Shown here: positions 1 to 10,161 of the stretch, one piece after another
Position numbering within the stretch: position 1 is the stretch's first letter
Layout: every line of letters begins with the position of its first letter
Source of the DNA: Bacteroidales bacterium
GTDB taxonomy: Bacteria > Bacteroidota > Bacteroidia > Bacteroidales > UBA10428
Assembly (NCBI GenBank): GCA_016933335.1
Contig: JAFGBD010000025.1
Location: 65,250-129,249, forward strand
Direction: 5' to 3'
DNA length: 64,000 bases
The notes under the pieces: model-generated
Database searches by the model: none
Told to the model about the DNA's origin: nothing
The model's input: only the letters and a program-made list of their open reading frames with translations
Program-made: the position numbers and the translations under genes

Positions 1-519
1 CAGGTAAAGAGTGCTGCCATCATTCGGATCAACTGCCATGCGTTCACCATTGCCCCTGCCATCTTCGTTACCACCCATTTTAAAATGTACATCTGTTCTT
101 TGAAAGGTTTTGCCCTGATCATTTGAATATAGTATGGCCCCGTCAGGTGTTTTGTCACTGGTATATGTCCCGCAGGCCAGGTAAACACGATCAGGATCAG
201 ATGGATCAAGTGCAATGCTTTCAACACCCATAAGGTTGACATCTTCATATGACAGCCAGTCCAGCAGCGGTTCCCATCTCATTGTTTGTTCATTTCTGCG
301 GTATGCACCGCCCATATCCGTGCGACAATAACAAACATTCGCTGCAGCCGGATGAAATATGATCCCGCTGACAAATCCTCCTCCGACAATTTGCACATTT
401 CTCCACTGATAGTTAACCATTGAAGGTTTTAACGATTGCTGATTCTGAGCGGTTAAGGCAGATGGCAAAATAAGGCTCATTATCAAAAGGAGCATGGCAG
501 CGGTTGAAGATCGTATCAT
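1..519 (-). CDS. GH74 xyloglucanase-like protein, N-terminal part (runs off the left window edge)
   Basis: Manual translation from ATG at 519: signal peptide MIRSSTAAMLLLIMSLILPSALTAQ, then YQWRNVQIVGGGFVSGIIFHP, CYCRTDMGGAYR, GVESIALDPSDPDRVYLACGTY and KMGGNEDGRGNGERMAVDP, all typical GH74 motifs. Absent from the ORF track because its stop lies outside the window. Confidence 0.9.
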   Translation of the reverse strand, partial: MIRSSTAAMLLLIMSLILPSALTAQNQQSLKPSMVNYQWRNVQIVGGGFVSGIIFHPAAANVCYCRTDMGGAYRRNEQTMRWEPLLDWLSYEDVNLMGVESIALDPSDPDRVYLACGTYTSDKTPDGAILYSNDQGKTFQRTDVHFKMGGNEDGRGNGERMAVDPNDGSTLYL

Positions 520-541
520 AGAATAATTAATTATATCAATC

Positions 542-600
542 GGTTTATATATGTTTTCGATCCGGATTATGATGGTTTATATAAGTTTTCGATCCGGATT
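542..600. repeat. Tandem 27-bp direct repeat (period 32 bp) upstream of the GH74 gene
   Basis: ggtttatatatgttttcgatccggatt (542-568) and ggtttatataagttttcgatccggatt (574-600), 1 mismatch; each contains the palindrome ATCCGGAT. Confidence 0.9.
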
Positions 601-650
601 CTAAATATAGTCACATATTTATTAAAATCAATATCCTTAATCCTGACCTT

Positions 651-2552
651 TTATTTATGATGTGTAATCAGTATCACCCAGTCCTCTTCTTTATCTTCCG
701 GTGGTTCACCTGTGGATACTTTTCCCGCTCCACTGATCTCTTCCACACTTCCTTTCTGAAGCAGACCGCCTTTGCGCGGATTGAACCATTGTACTTGGAA
801 AGTCGGGTGATCTTTCCCCAGGTTCAGCATTGCCGTACCGCCATCAGGCAGATATATGATATATATCTCTCCCTGTTTTGCAAGGCAGTATACTGAGTTA
901 TCATTCTGACTGTTTCCTGCAAGCGAATTCTCATTTTGCATTTCCCAGAAAGGGATATTGTTATCTCTGAAGAAATTAAGGGCAATACGGCAGTAATTCC
1001 AGCTCTGATCACGGCTTCGCCAGTCCTCACAATTGAGATCGTTTTTGGGGAGGGTATAACCGAAGTAATATTCCACTCCGGCACCACCTGCCATCAAAGT
1101 CCCCCAAAGCACATACTTTCGTATATCATGCAAAGTATACGGGCGGCTTCCTTTTTCCGGGACTGCGATTCCGTTAAAACCCTGATATCCTGAATCGGGA
1201 GGAACGCCCGTATAATGCGGATTTTGTTCGTCATTGGCCACAACCCACTGTTTCCCGTATTTTTCTGATTCGTTAATCCAGTATAGAATTTGCTTATGAA
1301 CATTGGTCCAGCTGTTCTGGAGAGATACACCGGTAAGCAATGACTGATTTCCCAGTAATGGTGTGTATACCCGATCCTGCCAGTCAGGGAATGTATGGAT
1401 AACAATATGATGATCATATGGATCAGTATCGTGGATGAATTGTGCCATGGCTTTTTGCTGTTCGGTTGTCTGGCTGTTCTCTTCACCCAGGTTCCAGTTT
1501 AGTGCAGGTTCATACCCGAACCGGGCAATCAGCTCACGCAAATACAGTTTACGTTCAGTACCCAGGTTGCCGAGGTCAAGCGATTCCTGAACACCGGTAA
1601 TATCACCCTTCCGATCATCATCAATTTCTGTTTCCTGGAGTTTAAAATGAAGATACAAACCAAGCTTTTGAGCGTGATCAAAGACGATCTGCCACTGGTC
1701 AAGTTTGGAACAGTCATGATGAAGCTTATCATTGCGGGAAACAAAAGGCCATACGTCATCGCCATCGCCTCCTGCATTGTAAGTCAGGAATGAAAAAGCA
1801 TTGCATCCTTTTCCGGCAAGATAATTCAATGCTCCTGTCAATCCTTTGCCTTTTCCTCCTTTCCAGGTTGGATCACCCGGCTGCCAGTCAGCAATGTGCG
1901 GATGCCATGTTTTGAGAGTGGAGGTTGCAGCTTCACTGACGCGAGAAATACCTTCCGGTTGATTTGACCGGGTACCATCAAAATCTTCACAGGCAAGGAG
2001 ATTTTCAGGAGAATCTGATCCGGCTTTGATGAAATATTCTTTGGTACCGTTAAACTGAAGGTACCGTTTTCCGATATACTGCAGGCGACCTCTTCCACGA
2101 AAATCACGTCCGGTTTTATCGGTAGGTTCGATGTAAAAGCTGCCAGAGGTATGGAATACTTCCAAAGCTTTTTCTGCTGCCTTATCATCAATGGCAGCCA
2201 ACTCGCCTGCAAGAATGGAAATCTGGAAATGCCACAGTCCGTGTTTATCAGGTGATACATGTGCCCGCCATTTGCTGCCTGACACAGATGATGTTTCTGC
2301 AGCGTTGCCGTCTGCAGCAAAGTAACCCGGAACAGTATACCGTGGTGAACCTGATTCATGGGTAAAAATGACTGTCATCCGGTAATCAAGGAAAGGATTT
2401 GGTGCAGTGTCTGTTTCATTTGCATCTGGTCCGTTTATCGTTACTGTTACTTTGTGTCATTGTTTCAGTTCGCCGGTTATTTCCGGTTTATCAGCAAACA
2501 TAGGGCAGGGGAATAAAAAGATTGCCATTAGAAACGACCGGATGATTTTCAT
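651..2552 (-). pseudogene. DUF5060/DUF4038-like secreted TIM-barrel protein with C-terminal putative collagen-binding domain, interrupted by an in-frame TGA
   Basis: The ORF-track frame (651..2378) extends in frame to ATG 2552: MKIIRSFLMAIFLFPCPMFADKPEITGELKQ*HKVTVTINGPDANETDTAPNPFLDYRMTV, with TGA at 2457-2459. Downstream motifs WNLGEEN, NDEQ, GGAGVEYYFG and VQWFNPRKG fit this family. Confidence 0.65.
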
Positions 2553-2779
2553 TTCATTTTAATTTATGACAAATATATTCTGAGAATTCATTTCTCAAAA
2601 CAATTTATGGTTTAAAACCAGCTCTTGATTATATTTTGATTCCTAAAATTTATATTCTGAAGAAGTATTCATATATTAGTTTATCAGAAAGGTTCATCAT
2701 TCTTTTTATTAAAATATAAAATCAAATCCGGTACATAGAAAACATTCGTTAAAATTCTGTTCAAATAACTAAAATACAA

Positions 2780-4912
2780 ATGAAACACATGAAACCTTTA
2801 ACAAGTTTTTGCTTTGCAATTGTCATCATTTTTACTGTTTGCGGCATTTACGGAACAGGGATTGCTTCGGCTCAGAACCCTGGTGAGAACCGGCAGAAGT
2901 CTGCGGCAGGCCAAAAAGAGATAACGGCTACGGTTGATGCAACAAAAGTTGGTGAATCCATACACAGGTATGTGTACGGTATGTTTACAGAGCTTCTCGG
3001 AAACATTTTTGAGCACGGACTCTGGGCTGAGATGCTGAGCGACCGGAAATTCTTTTATACTGTGGACACATCTTCAAAGCTGAGTCCCATTAACACCCGC
3101 TGGTTCCAGAACAGGTGGAGACCTGTCGGCGGGATTGATGTTGTTGCAATGGACCGTGAACATCCGTATGCGGGCGAACATTCACCACTTATAAAACTTT
3201 CGGGTTCAACTGTATACGGTGTTCAGCAATCAGGACTTGTTCTGCGTGCCGGCAGAAGTTATACCGGACGTGTAATCCTTTCGGGTGATGCCGGAGCCAT
3301 AATTAAAGTCAGCCTTGTCTGGGGACCTGCCAATGACGACAGGCAGGTCATTCAGATTCCCCCTCTCACAGAGGATTATCTTAAATATCCTTTCATTTTC
3401 ACTGCCGGAGCAGATGCAGAGAATGGCCGGCTTGAAATTACAGGAACCGGATCCGGCAGTTTCAGAATAGGGGCTGTTTCGCTGATGCCGGCAGACAACA
3501 TACAGGGATTCCGGTCCGATCTTGTCGCTCTTCTGAGGGAATTAAACTCAGGCATCTATCGCTGGCCCGGTGGCAATATGCTGGCAGGATACGACTGGCG
3601 TGATGGCATCGGTGACATTGACAGGCGTCCGCCACGGTATGATTATGCATGGAACGCAGTCGAATCAAACGACGTGGGTACTGAGGAGTTCCTGGTCCTC
3701 TGCGACCTGCTCAGCATCGATCCCTATATTTGCGTGAATATCGGCTTTGGTGATGCTTTCTCTGCTGCCCGGTGGGTTGAATATGTCAACGGATCGGAAG
3801 ATACGCCTATGGGCAGAATAAGGGCATTTAACGGCCACCCTGAACCTTACAGCGTGGAGTGGTGGGGTATCGGCAATGAGATGTACGGACAATGGCAGCT
3901 GGGGCATATGTCTGTTGAACATTACATTTTGAAGCACAACATGTTTGCTCAGGCCTTGCTGGATGTTGATCCCAATATCAAACTCATTGCATCCGGTGCC
4001 ACACCGTTTGAAACAAGCACCACTGCCAGGCACCACAGAAAACCACTTCCGGATAAACTGCCTTACAAATACGGCTCACGTGAAGACTGGTCATACCAGC
4101 TGCTGGCTAACTCATCAGATTACATCGATTTTTTAGCCGAGCATTTATATCCTGTTACCAGCCAGGCATTTGATGCGGATTCTCAAAAGTTTGTCGATGT
4201 GGACGATCCCCTTGTTGATCAGGTACGCCGGGTACCGAACAGGGTAAAGGCGGTAGCTGAATCATGGGATGAATACCTGAAAAGAATACCCGGACTCAAA
4301 GACAAAAACATCACTTTTGCCATTGACGAATGGACAGGTGGCGGCCGGGGAAGTCCCTTTATGCGGACACTTTGTGCAGCCGAAGGTTTGCACGAGATAT
4401 TCCGGCATTCCGGTATCATCACCATGGGAGGATATACGGCTGTTACATCCTGTGTAAGATGGAACGTAAACGATGCATGTTACAGTTCTGTGGGACTTCT
4501 GTTTAAATTATACCGTCACCACTTTGGAACATTACCGCTGGAAGTCACCGGAAATTCCCCGCAAAAGCCGGTGAAAGGGACTGTTGGAGTCGATAAGCCT
4601 GCTGTTTCCTCCGGCAGCGATACTTATCCGCTGGATGTCGTGGCTGCATTGACCGGTGATCATAAAAAGGTGACCGTTGCCATTGTCAATCCTACAGGAA
4701 CTGCTCAGATAATGAAACTGTACTTTAAAGGAACGCAATTCAAAAATACTGCAAAACAATACACGATATCAGCTCCTGATTTAAATACCAGGAACAATCC
4801 GGGAGAGAAACCTGCCATTGAAATACGGGAAGCAGAACTCAAAAAAGTACCTGAAAAAATTGAGGTAATACCACTGAGTATAAACCTTTTTGAACTTGAA
4901 CTGAAACAGTAA
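2780..4912 (+). CDS. GH51 alpha-L-arabinofuranosidase, secreted
   Basis: Signal peptide; YGMFTE, RWPGGN, YDWRDGIG, WGIGNEMYG (acid/base) and AIDEW (nucleophile) motifs; C-terminal beta-sandwich. Confidence 0.9.
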   Translation: MKHMKPLTSFCFAIVIIFTVCGIYGTGIASAQNPGENRQKSAAGQKEITATVDATKVGESIHRYVYGMFTELLGNIFEHGLWAEMLSDRKFFYTVDTSSKLSPINTRWFQNRWRPVGGIDVVAMDREHPYAGEHSPLIKLSGSTVYGVQQSGLVLRAGRSYTGRVILSGDAGAIIKVSLVWGPANDDRQVIQIPPLTEDYLKYPFIFTAGADAENGRLEITGTGSGSFRIGAVSLMPADNIQGFRSDLVALLRELNSGIYRWPGGNMLAGYDWRDGIGDIDRRPPRYDYAWNAVESNDVGTEEFLVLCDLLSIDPYICVNIGFGDAFSAARWVEYVNGSEDTPMGRIRAFNGHPEPYSVEWWGIGNEMYGQWQLGHMSVEHYILKHNMFAQALLDVDPNIKLIASGATPFETSTTARHHRKPLPDKLPYKYGSREDWSYQLLANSSDYIDFLAEHLYPVTSQAFDADSQKFVDVDDPLVDQVRRVPNRVKAVAESWDEYLKRIPGLKDKNITFAIDEWTGGGRGSPFMRTLCAAEGLHEIFRHSGIITMGGYTAVTSCVRWNVNDACYSSVGLLFKLYRHHFGTLPLEVTGNSPQKPVKGTVGVDKPAVSSGSDTYPLDVVAALTGDHKKVTVAIVNPTGTAQIMKLYFKGTQFKNTAKQYTISAPDLNTRNNPGEKPAIEIREAELKKVPEKIEVIPLSINLFELELKQ

Positions 4913-5264
4913 CACAGATCTCGGTTTTCAAAACATCACAGCTATACTGTGAACCAGAATACATGCTTTTAACCTTGATGTAACAAGACCTGCCATGGAT
5001 GCTTTTTTTGAAAGGACTTTGAAAAAGTAAGAAGATATTACAATATCAGCTTAAACAGAAAAAAATGATAAAACTTCAATATTTCTATTTAATTATTAAT
5101 TTATAACTAATTATATTTTAGTGTTTAAATAAATCTTATTTTCATTATTGATTTAAAATATTGGAACATAAGTCTGAGTAATCCTGTAATCATAAAATGA
5201 ACATTCACTGCAAACAGATGTTTAGTCTGAAATAAGACTTTTTAAAACAGATAATAAATTAAAA

Positions 5265-5990
5265 ATGAAAAAGCTAAGTTTAGTATTCGTTGCAGTATCT
5301 ATTGGAATCATTGCATGGTCGCAAAAAGGTATTCCGATGATCGGGCAGACCGCTCCATCCTTTACAGCAAACACGACAAACGGAAAGCTTGAATTTCCGG
5401 AAGATTTTGGAAAGAACTGGAAAATTCTGTTCAGTCATCCGAAGGATTTCACACCTGTCTGCACCTCTGAAATTCTGGGACTGGCAGCAATGCAGGATGA
5501 ATTTAAAGACCTGGGTATCAGTATTGCAATCATTTCAGTTGATGATGTTGCCACCCATGCCCAATGGAAGCAATCACTTGAAGATATGCTTGAAAAAAAC
5601 GGAGGTTCGGGTAAAATTGATTATCCCTTTATCGATGATGCCAATGCTGTTATTTCTTACAAGTATGGAATGCTTCATTCATGGGATAATATAACAAGGG
5701 ATGTCAGGGGAGTTTTCATCATAGATCCTGATAATGTGATTCAGACCATTAATTTTTATCCCAATAATATTGGCAGGAATCTGCAGGAGATCAAGCGGGC
5801 AGTTATCGCTCTGCAAACTTCAAAAGAACAAAATGTATTAACTCCTGTCAACTGGGAAAAAGGTGATGATGTTTTAATGCCGTATATTCCTTATACTGAA
5901 GAGGAATATAAAAACAGTCCTGAACTCCAAAAGCAATATTACAAAGCTGGTATGAACATGTATTTTAAAAGGGGAGAAGGTAAGCAATAG
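5265..5990 (+). CDS. Peroxiredoxin (Prx6/1-Cys type) with signal peptide
   Basis: FSHPKDFTPVCTSE peroxidatic motif, VRGVFIIDP, YPNNIGRN and TPVNW; only one Cys in the protein. Confidence 0.9.
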   Translation: MKKLSLVFVAVSIGIIAWSQKGIPMIGQTAPSFTANTTNGKLEFPEDFGKNWKILFSHPKDFTPVCTSEILGLAAMQDEFKDLGISIAIISVDDVATHAQWKQSLEDMLEKNGGSGKIDYPFIDDANAVISYKYGMLHSWDNITRDVRGVFIIDPDNVIQTINFYPNNIGRNLQEIKRAVIALQTSKEQNVLTPVNWEKGDDVLMPYIPYTEEEYKNSPELQKQYYKAGMNMYFKRGEGKQ

Positions 5991-6003
5991 GGGAATGAAA
6001 CCG

Positions 6004-6034
6004 ATTCTGACTGAAACGGTCAGAATATTTTTTT
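6004..6034 (+). terminator. Rho-independent terminator after the peroxiredoxin
   Basis: Hairpin attctgactg-aaa-cggtcagaat followed by attttttt. Confidence 0.75.
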
Positions 6035-6148
6035 GACATTTTATCAATATCAAGCAATCAATGTTTGATTAAATTGACTTTTCTCATAAAAAGTAATAAC
6101 TTGTCGTTCATATAATCCATCCAATACAAATCCAAAAAAAAATTCATT

Positions 6149-6601
6149 ATGAAAAAAGCATTGTTTTTATTATTCATGGTTAGTCCGTTATTTTTCACGG
6201 ACTGTACCAATCAAAAATCCAATCCGGTTGAAGGATTCTGGGATTTACAGTATTATGAATGGACATCTCCTGATACAACCGTGACGTTTACCCGAACCGA
6301 ACTTGACCGACAAGTCAAAGTCTTTGGTAAAGAATATTTTACCTTCATTATACAAAGTGTTAAAAATGACAGTCTGGATATGGTAGTTACTGATGGAGGG
6401 GGAGGAACTTATGTTCTGAAAGGAGATACTCTGGTTGAAACCATCCAGTTGTTCCCGGAAAAAGGAGCTCTGGGTTATTCAATGACCTATATTATAGAGA
6501 CCAGTGGGGATTCATTGATTCAGAAAGGACCGATAAATGAAGATCTGCCTGAAGGTTGGAAAGAATGGAGCGGAACGGAAATTTATACTCGCCTGGAATA
6601 A
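6149..6601 (+). CDS. Lipocalin-like beta-barrel lipoprotein (DUF4488-like)
   Basis: Lipoprotein-like signal ending FFTDC; NPVEGFWDL N-terminal motif, GGGGTYVLKGDTLVE, EIYTRLE end. Confidence 0.65.
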   Translation: MKKALFLLFMVSPLFFTDCTNQKSNPVEGFWDLQYYEWTSPDTTVTFTRTELDRQVKVFGKEYFTFIIQSVKNDSLDMVVTDGGGGTYVLKGDTLVETIQLFPEKGALGYSMTYIIETSGDSLIQKGPINEDLPEGWKEWSGTEIYTRLE

Positions 6602-6645
6602 ACAGGCTGAAAATATAACTCTGGTTCTGAGATCTGATACCAAAC

Positions 6646-6679
6646 AAGCCCTCAGACAAATATTGCAGAGGGCTTTTTT
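6646..6679 (+). terminator. Rho-independent terminator
   Basis: aagccctc...gagggctt stem followed by tttt. Confidence 0.7.
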
Positions 6680-6912
6680 GGTATTAACAGATTCTTTCAT
6701 ACTGTCAGACTGCAGTCTTGATATAAATTATTCATCCTCTATAAAGGAATATCAGTTTGGTTTTTGCCATGGGTACCATCAGGATTCAATTTTGTATAAA
6801 TAGTACGAATATCTTGAAAATTGATTATTTACGTGATATTTTTGTTGTCAATTCTCATATTGTTTTATCTCTGTATATTTAACCGGAAAACGTCAAATTT
6901 GAACAAGCAATC

Positions 6913-7662
6913 ATGAAAAAACAAACACTTCTGCTGATATCAATTGCCTGTATCATGCTTACACCAGGTAAATCTTATTCACAATGCATGCCAGATACGG
7001 TCACATGCAGGGATATACTTGAGCCCGGTCAGATATGTCCTGATATATTGCCTGACGGATATCTGGGCGTGAGTTATAATCAAACCGTGACGATATTACC
7101 TCCCTCGTCTGCAACCATGTATGATATTCCTTTTACAATTGTAAAGATTAAAATAGATACGATTGAAAACCTTCCTCCGGGTATTGTCTATGAAGCAAAT
7201 GCCACAGAGTTATACCCCGATACAGCCTATTGTGTTCTGCTGAGTGGTATCCCCACTGAAACAGGGGAGTTTGAAGTTTCCATCACAGTGATACCGTATA
7301 TAGATTTAATAGGCAATGTTATTAAGGCGGATGCAGTGGTAAATGACACTTCCGTAAAGATTTCCGTACATGGACCGAATGACATACAGAACATCCCTGA
7401 TGAGGAGTTTTATATCATTGGCAATCATCCAAACCCGTTTTATGAAACAACGGAACTTGGTTTCATAATTGATAAATCATCACTGGTTAAACTCAATATA
7501 TACAATAACATAGGTATGATCATCTATAGTGAAACAATAGAAGCAGAACCCGGTGAGAATTTTTTCATGTTTAACGGGGATCATATGGTTCCCGGATGTT
7601 ACATCTACACCATTGTTTATGAACAGGTTATTTATTCCGATAAGCTGATAAAATCGAGGTAA
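6913..7662 (+). CDS. T9SS type A sorting domain-containing protein
   Basis: Signal peptide, Cys-containing N-terminus, Ig-like middle (NLPPGI, LSGIPTETGEF), CTD NHPNPF...IYNNIG...GCYIY...KLIK. Confidence 0.85.
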   Translation: MKKQTLLLISIACIMLTPGKSYSQCMPDTVTCRDILEPGQICPDILPDGYLGVSYNQTVTILPPSSATMYDIPFTIVKIKIDTIENLPPGIVYEANATELYPDTAYCVLLSGIPTETGEFEVSITVIPYIDLIGNVIKADAVVNDTSVKISVHGPNDIQNIPDEEFYIIGNHPNPFYETTELGFIIDKSSLVKLNIYNNIGMIIYSETIEAEPGENFFMFNGDHMVPGCYIYTIVYEQVIYSDKLIKSR

Positions 7663-7735
7663 GAGTTATTATTAGACTGAATATTAACAACATACTGGAT
7701 TGACTACTTTTCAGGATCTTGGCAATTATCAGATT

Positions 7736-10006
7736 CTAAAAATCAACAGACAGCTGAATGGTGATATTTCTGGGAGGCCGGATATCCCCGGGTCGTCCGG
7801 TATATTCCTTGTTAAACAGGTTCTTGGTGATTACTGCAATTTTTGAATGATCTGTCAGCTGGTATGAAATCCGGTGATCAAAAATAAGATATCCCTTCTG
7901 ATGTTGGTTGCGGTAATCGGGATAGCCTGGCAGAATCAGATTGCCTATAACAGGATCCATAAATACATTATCGATATTTTTCATAAAGCTGTTGTATACC
8001 AGTAATAATCCTGTTGAAAGCTTTTTCCATGTCAGCTCAAAATCTGCTTTGACAGAGTGCTGATAGCGGTATTTCAGAATGTTGTTATTTAATAAATTGC
8101 TTGTGTCAGATGGATCATAGTCCAGGTCAACGGGATAGATATAAGTGTAACCGGCCATAAAGGTTGCCGGCATGTTAAAAACGGTTCCTTCGCCGATAAG
8201 TGTGATCTCGATTCCGGTTATCTGTGCATTTCCAACATTCAAAGCTTTGAATCCCACATGATCGAATGTAGGAATTTCAATGGAATCAGGTTTGTAAATG
8301 CCAAATGTGAATTCGATCATATCCTTATACCTGGTTTGAAACAAAGAAACATCCAGGTATCCGGTCCAGTTTCTTACATGAAGTCCCTGCTTGATTCCAA
8401 GCTCTGTGCTCCAGCCGGTTTCCGAGTTTAAATCCGGATTCGGGAATATGTGAATGGAACTGAGGTTTGTGGCTGTGTATTTTTCAGCGATGGACGGAAA
8501 CCTGTAACCCTGTCCGAATGAAGCTCTTAAGAAGGTATATTTTGCCGGATGATAATTGATACCGGTTCTGAATACAGGTTTGGAGAACTCAACATCATCA
8601 TCGAGCCGGTATGTTTCAAATCTCAATCCAAGCGACAGTTTGACCTTGTTTTGAATTTCACTGTCATACTGTGCATATGCTGAACCATTCAGACTTGAGT
8701 GATCTTTGTATAGCTGTGAATGGATATCTGAAAAAGAGACAGATGCCCCAAACGAAAGATCCACCGGGATTTTGAATCTTTTATGATATTTGTATTCACC
8801 GTAATAAAGTGCGGCATCATTGTCCTTATCCTTTTCTATTTCATATTTGTTGGTAATCCTGAAGTATCTTGCTTTTAAGCTGTGTTTGGATCCGTTGTCA
8901 TTGTAATATTCCATGCAGGGATCCAGGTTTAGACGAAAGCCTTTCATTTTTGGAATGGCAGATGTATTTTGCCTGTAAGCTCCCGAATCGGCATCCTGCC
9001 ATAAAAAAAAGTCAATTTTGTTACTGAACATCAAGTTTGAATTCATCCCATATGACAGTCCGGGTAGCTTCTTGTCCCTGTATAGCAGATTCACATTAAA
9101 ACGTTGCCTGTTTTCCCATTCATTCTCGCGGTATCCTCCGTCACTGAAGCCGTGACTTCCAACCACCAGATCAAGGTTACCGATTTTCCGGGAATGGAAT
9201 GCACTGGCACCTGAAAAAGAGGGCTGGTTGTCCCACCAGATCAACTCTTTTCTTTCCGGGTTCATATAAATACCACTAAACAGGGTGAGTTTGGTTTCAG
9301 GTTTATCTTTCGGATAGGCAGTACGAACATTGATAATCCCGTTCAATGCCGATGAACCGTACAGAACAGAAGAAGCCCCTTTGATGATTTCGATCTGTGA
9401 AATATTCTCCATCGGCAGGTAATCCCATTTTACATCGCTGGCATCGGGAGAAAGGATTGGCATCTCATCGACCAGCATCAATACCCTGCTGCCCGCACCA
9501 TAACTGTATCCGCTGCCGCCCCTGATCCGTGGTTGCCCGTCCAGTATATCGATGCCAGGCGACTGACCAATGATGGACTCCAGTGAAGTGGCACTCGTTT
9601 CTGTAATCCGGTCCGGTTTGATGACATCCATTGAAACAATGACATCTGACAACTTTTGCTCATATTTGCCGGCACTTACAACGATTTCATCCAGCATTTG
9701 TATTTCGGTATTCAGACCCGCATCCAGGTACATTGTATCATTCGTGTTCAATTGAATGATCATATGCTTTGAGTGATAGCCCACATAATGAATGTCCATT
9801 GCATGCCTGCCCGGTGATGTTTCGATGCTAAAACTCCCTTCTGTATCCGATATGGCACCACTGGCTGAATCAAGCATGATAGTCGCACCTGTCAATGGCT
9901 GTCTGGAAATTGCATCTGTGATTCTGCCTGTGATAAAGGCTTTCTGCTGCGAGAACAGCGAGAGGATTAAGAGGTTTATCAGTAATAGAAATATAAAACG
10001 TTTCAT
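7736..10006 (-). CDS. TonB-dependent receptor (non-SusC) with CarboxypepD_reg-like N-terminal domain
   Basis: ITGRITD...LTGATI, LDEIVVSA, plug IEIIKGASSVLYGSSALNGIIN, NPDLNSETG, C-terminal Phe. Confidence 0.92.
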   Translation of the reverse strand: MKRFIFLLLINLLILSLFSQQKAFITGRITDAISRQPLTGATIMLDSASGAISDTEGSFSIETSPGRHAMDIHYVGYHSKHMIIQLNTNDTMYLDAGLNTEIQMLDEIVVSAGKYEQKLSDVIVSMDVIKPDRITETSATSLESIIGQSPGIDILDGQPRIRGGSGYSYGAGSRVLMLVDEMPILSPDASDVKWDYLPMENISQIEIIKGASSVLYGSSALNGIINVRTAYPKDKPETKLTLFSGIYMNPERKELIWWDNQPSFSGASAFHSRKIGNLDLVVGSHGFSDGGYRENEWENRQRFNVNLLYRDKKLPGLSYGMNSNLMFSNKIDFFLWQDADSGAYRQNTSAIPKMKGFRLNLDPCMEYYNDNGSKHSLKARYFRITNKYEIEKDKDNDAALYYGEYKYHKRFKIPVDLSFGASVSFSDIHSQLYKDHSSLNGSAYAQYDSEIQNKVKLSLGLRFETYRLDDDVEFSKPVFRTGINYHPAKYTFLRASFGQGYRFPSIAEKYTATNLSSIHIFPNPDLNSETGWSTELGIKQGLHVRNWTGYLDVSLFQTRYKDMIEFTFGIYKPDSIEIPTFDHVGFKALNVGNAQITGIEITLIGEGTVFNMPATFMAGYTYIYPVDLDYDPSDTSNLLNNNILKYRYQHSVKADFELTWKKLSTGLLLVYNSFMKNIDNVFMDPVIGNLILPGYPDYRNQHQKGYLIFDHRISYQLTDHSKIAVITKNLFNKEYTGRPGDIRPPRNITIQLSVDF

Positions 10007-10161
10007 TGTCAGCCAGTCAAAGCATAATCCTTTGCAAGTTGGATAAAATAAAGATATAAATCAAGTAGGGAAGGAAGTAATCTGAACAATATGGCCGGTT
10101 GAGCTGTAATGAATGCCAGTAGTATCTGACAGGTGCCATGTCATCTGATAAAAGCCTGTAA

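Noticed and set aside
542-600. CRISPR array
   Set aside because: Only two units separated by 5 nt, no spacer-length sequence and no cas genes.
2457-2459. Genome-wide TGA recoding or selenocysteine
   Set aside because: TGA terminates sucD, fabG, metA and hflC at their expected ends, and TGG is used for Trp throughout. The site looks like a Trp rather than a Cys position, and no SECIS-like hairpin is evident.
7736-10006. SusC of a polysaccharide utilisation locus
   Set aside because: It is too short (756 aa), lacks SusC-specific motifs and has no adjacent SusD.
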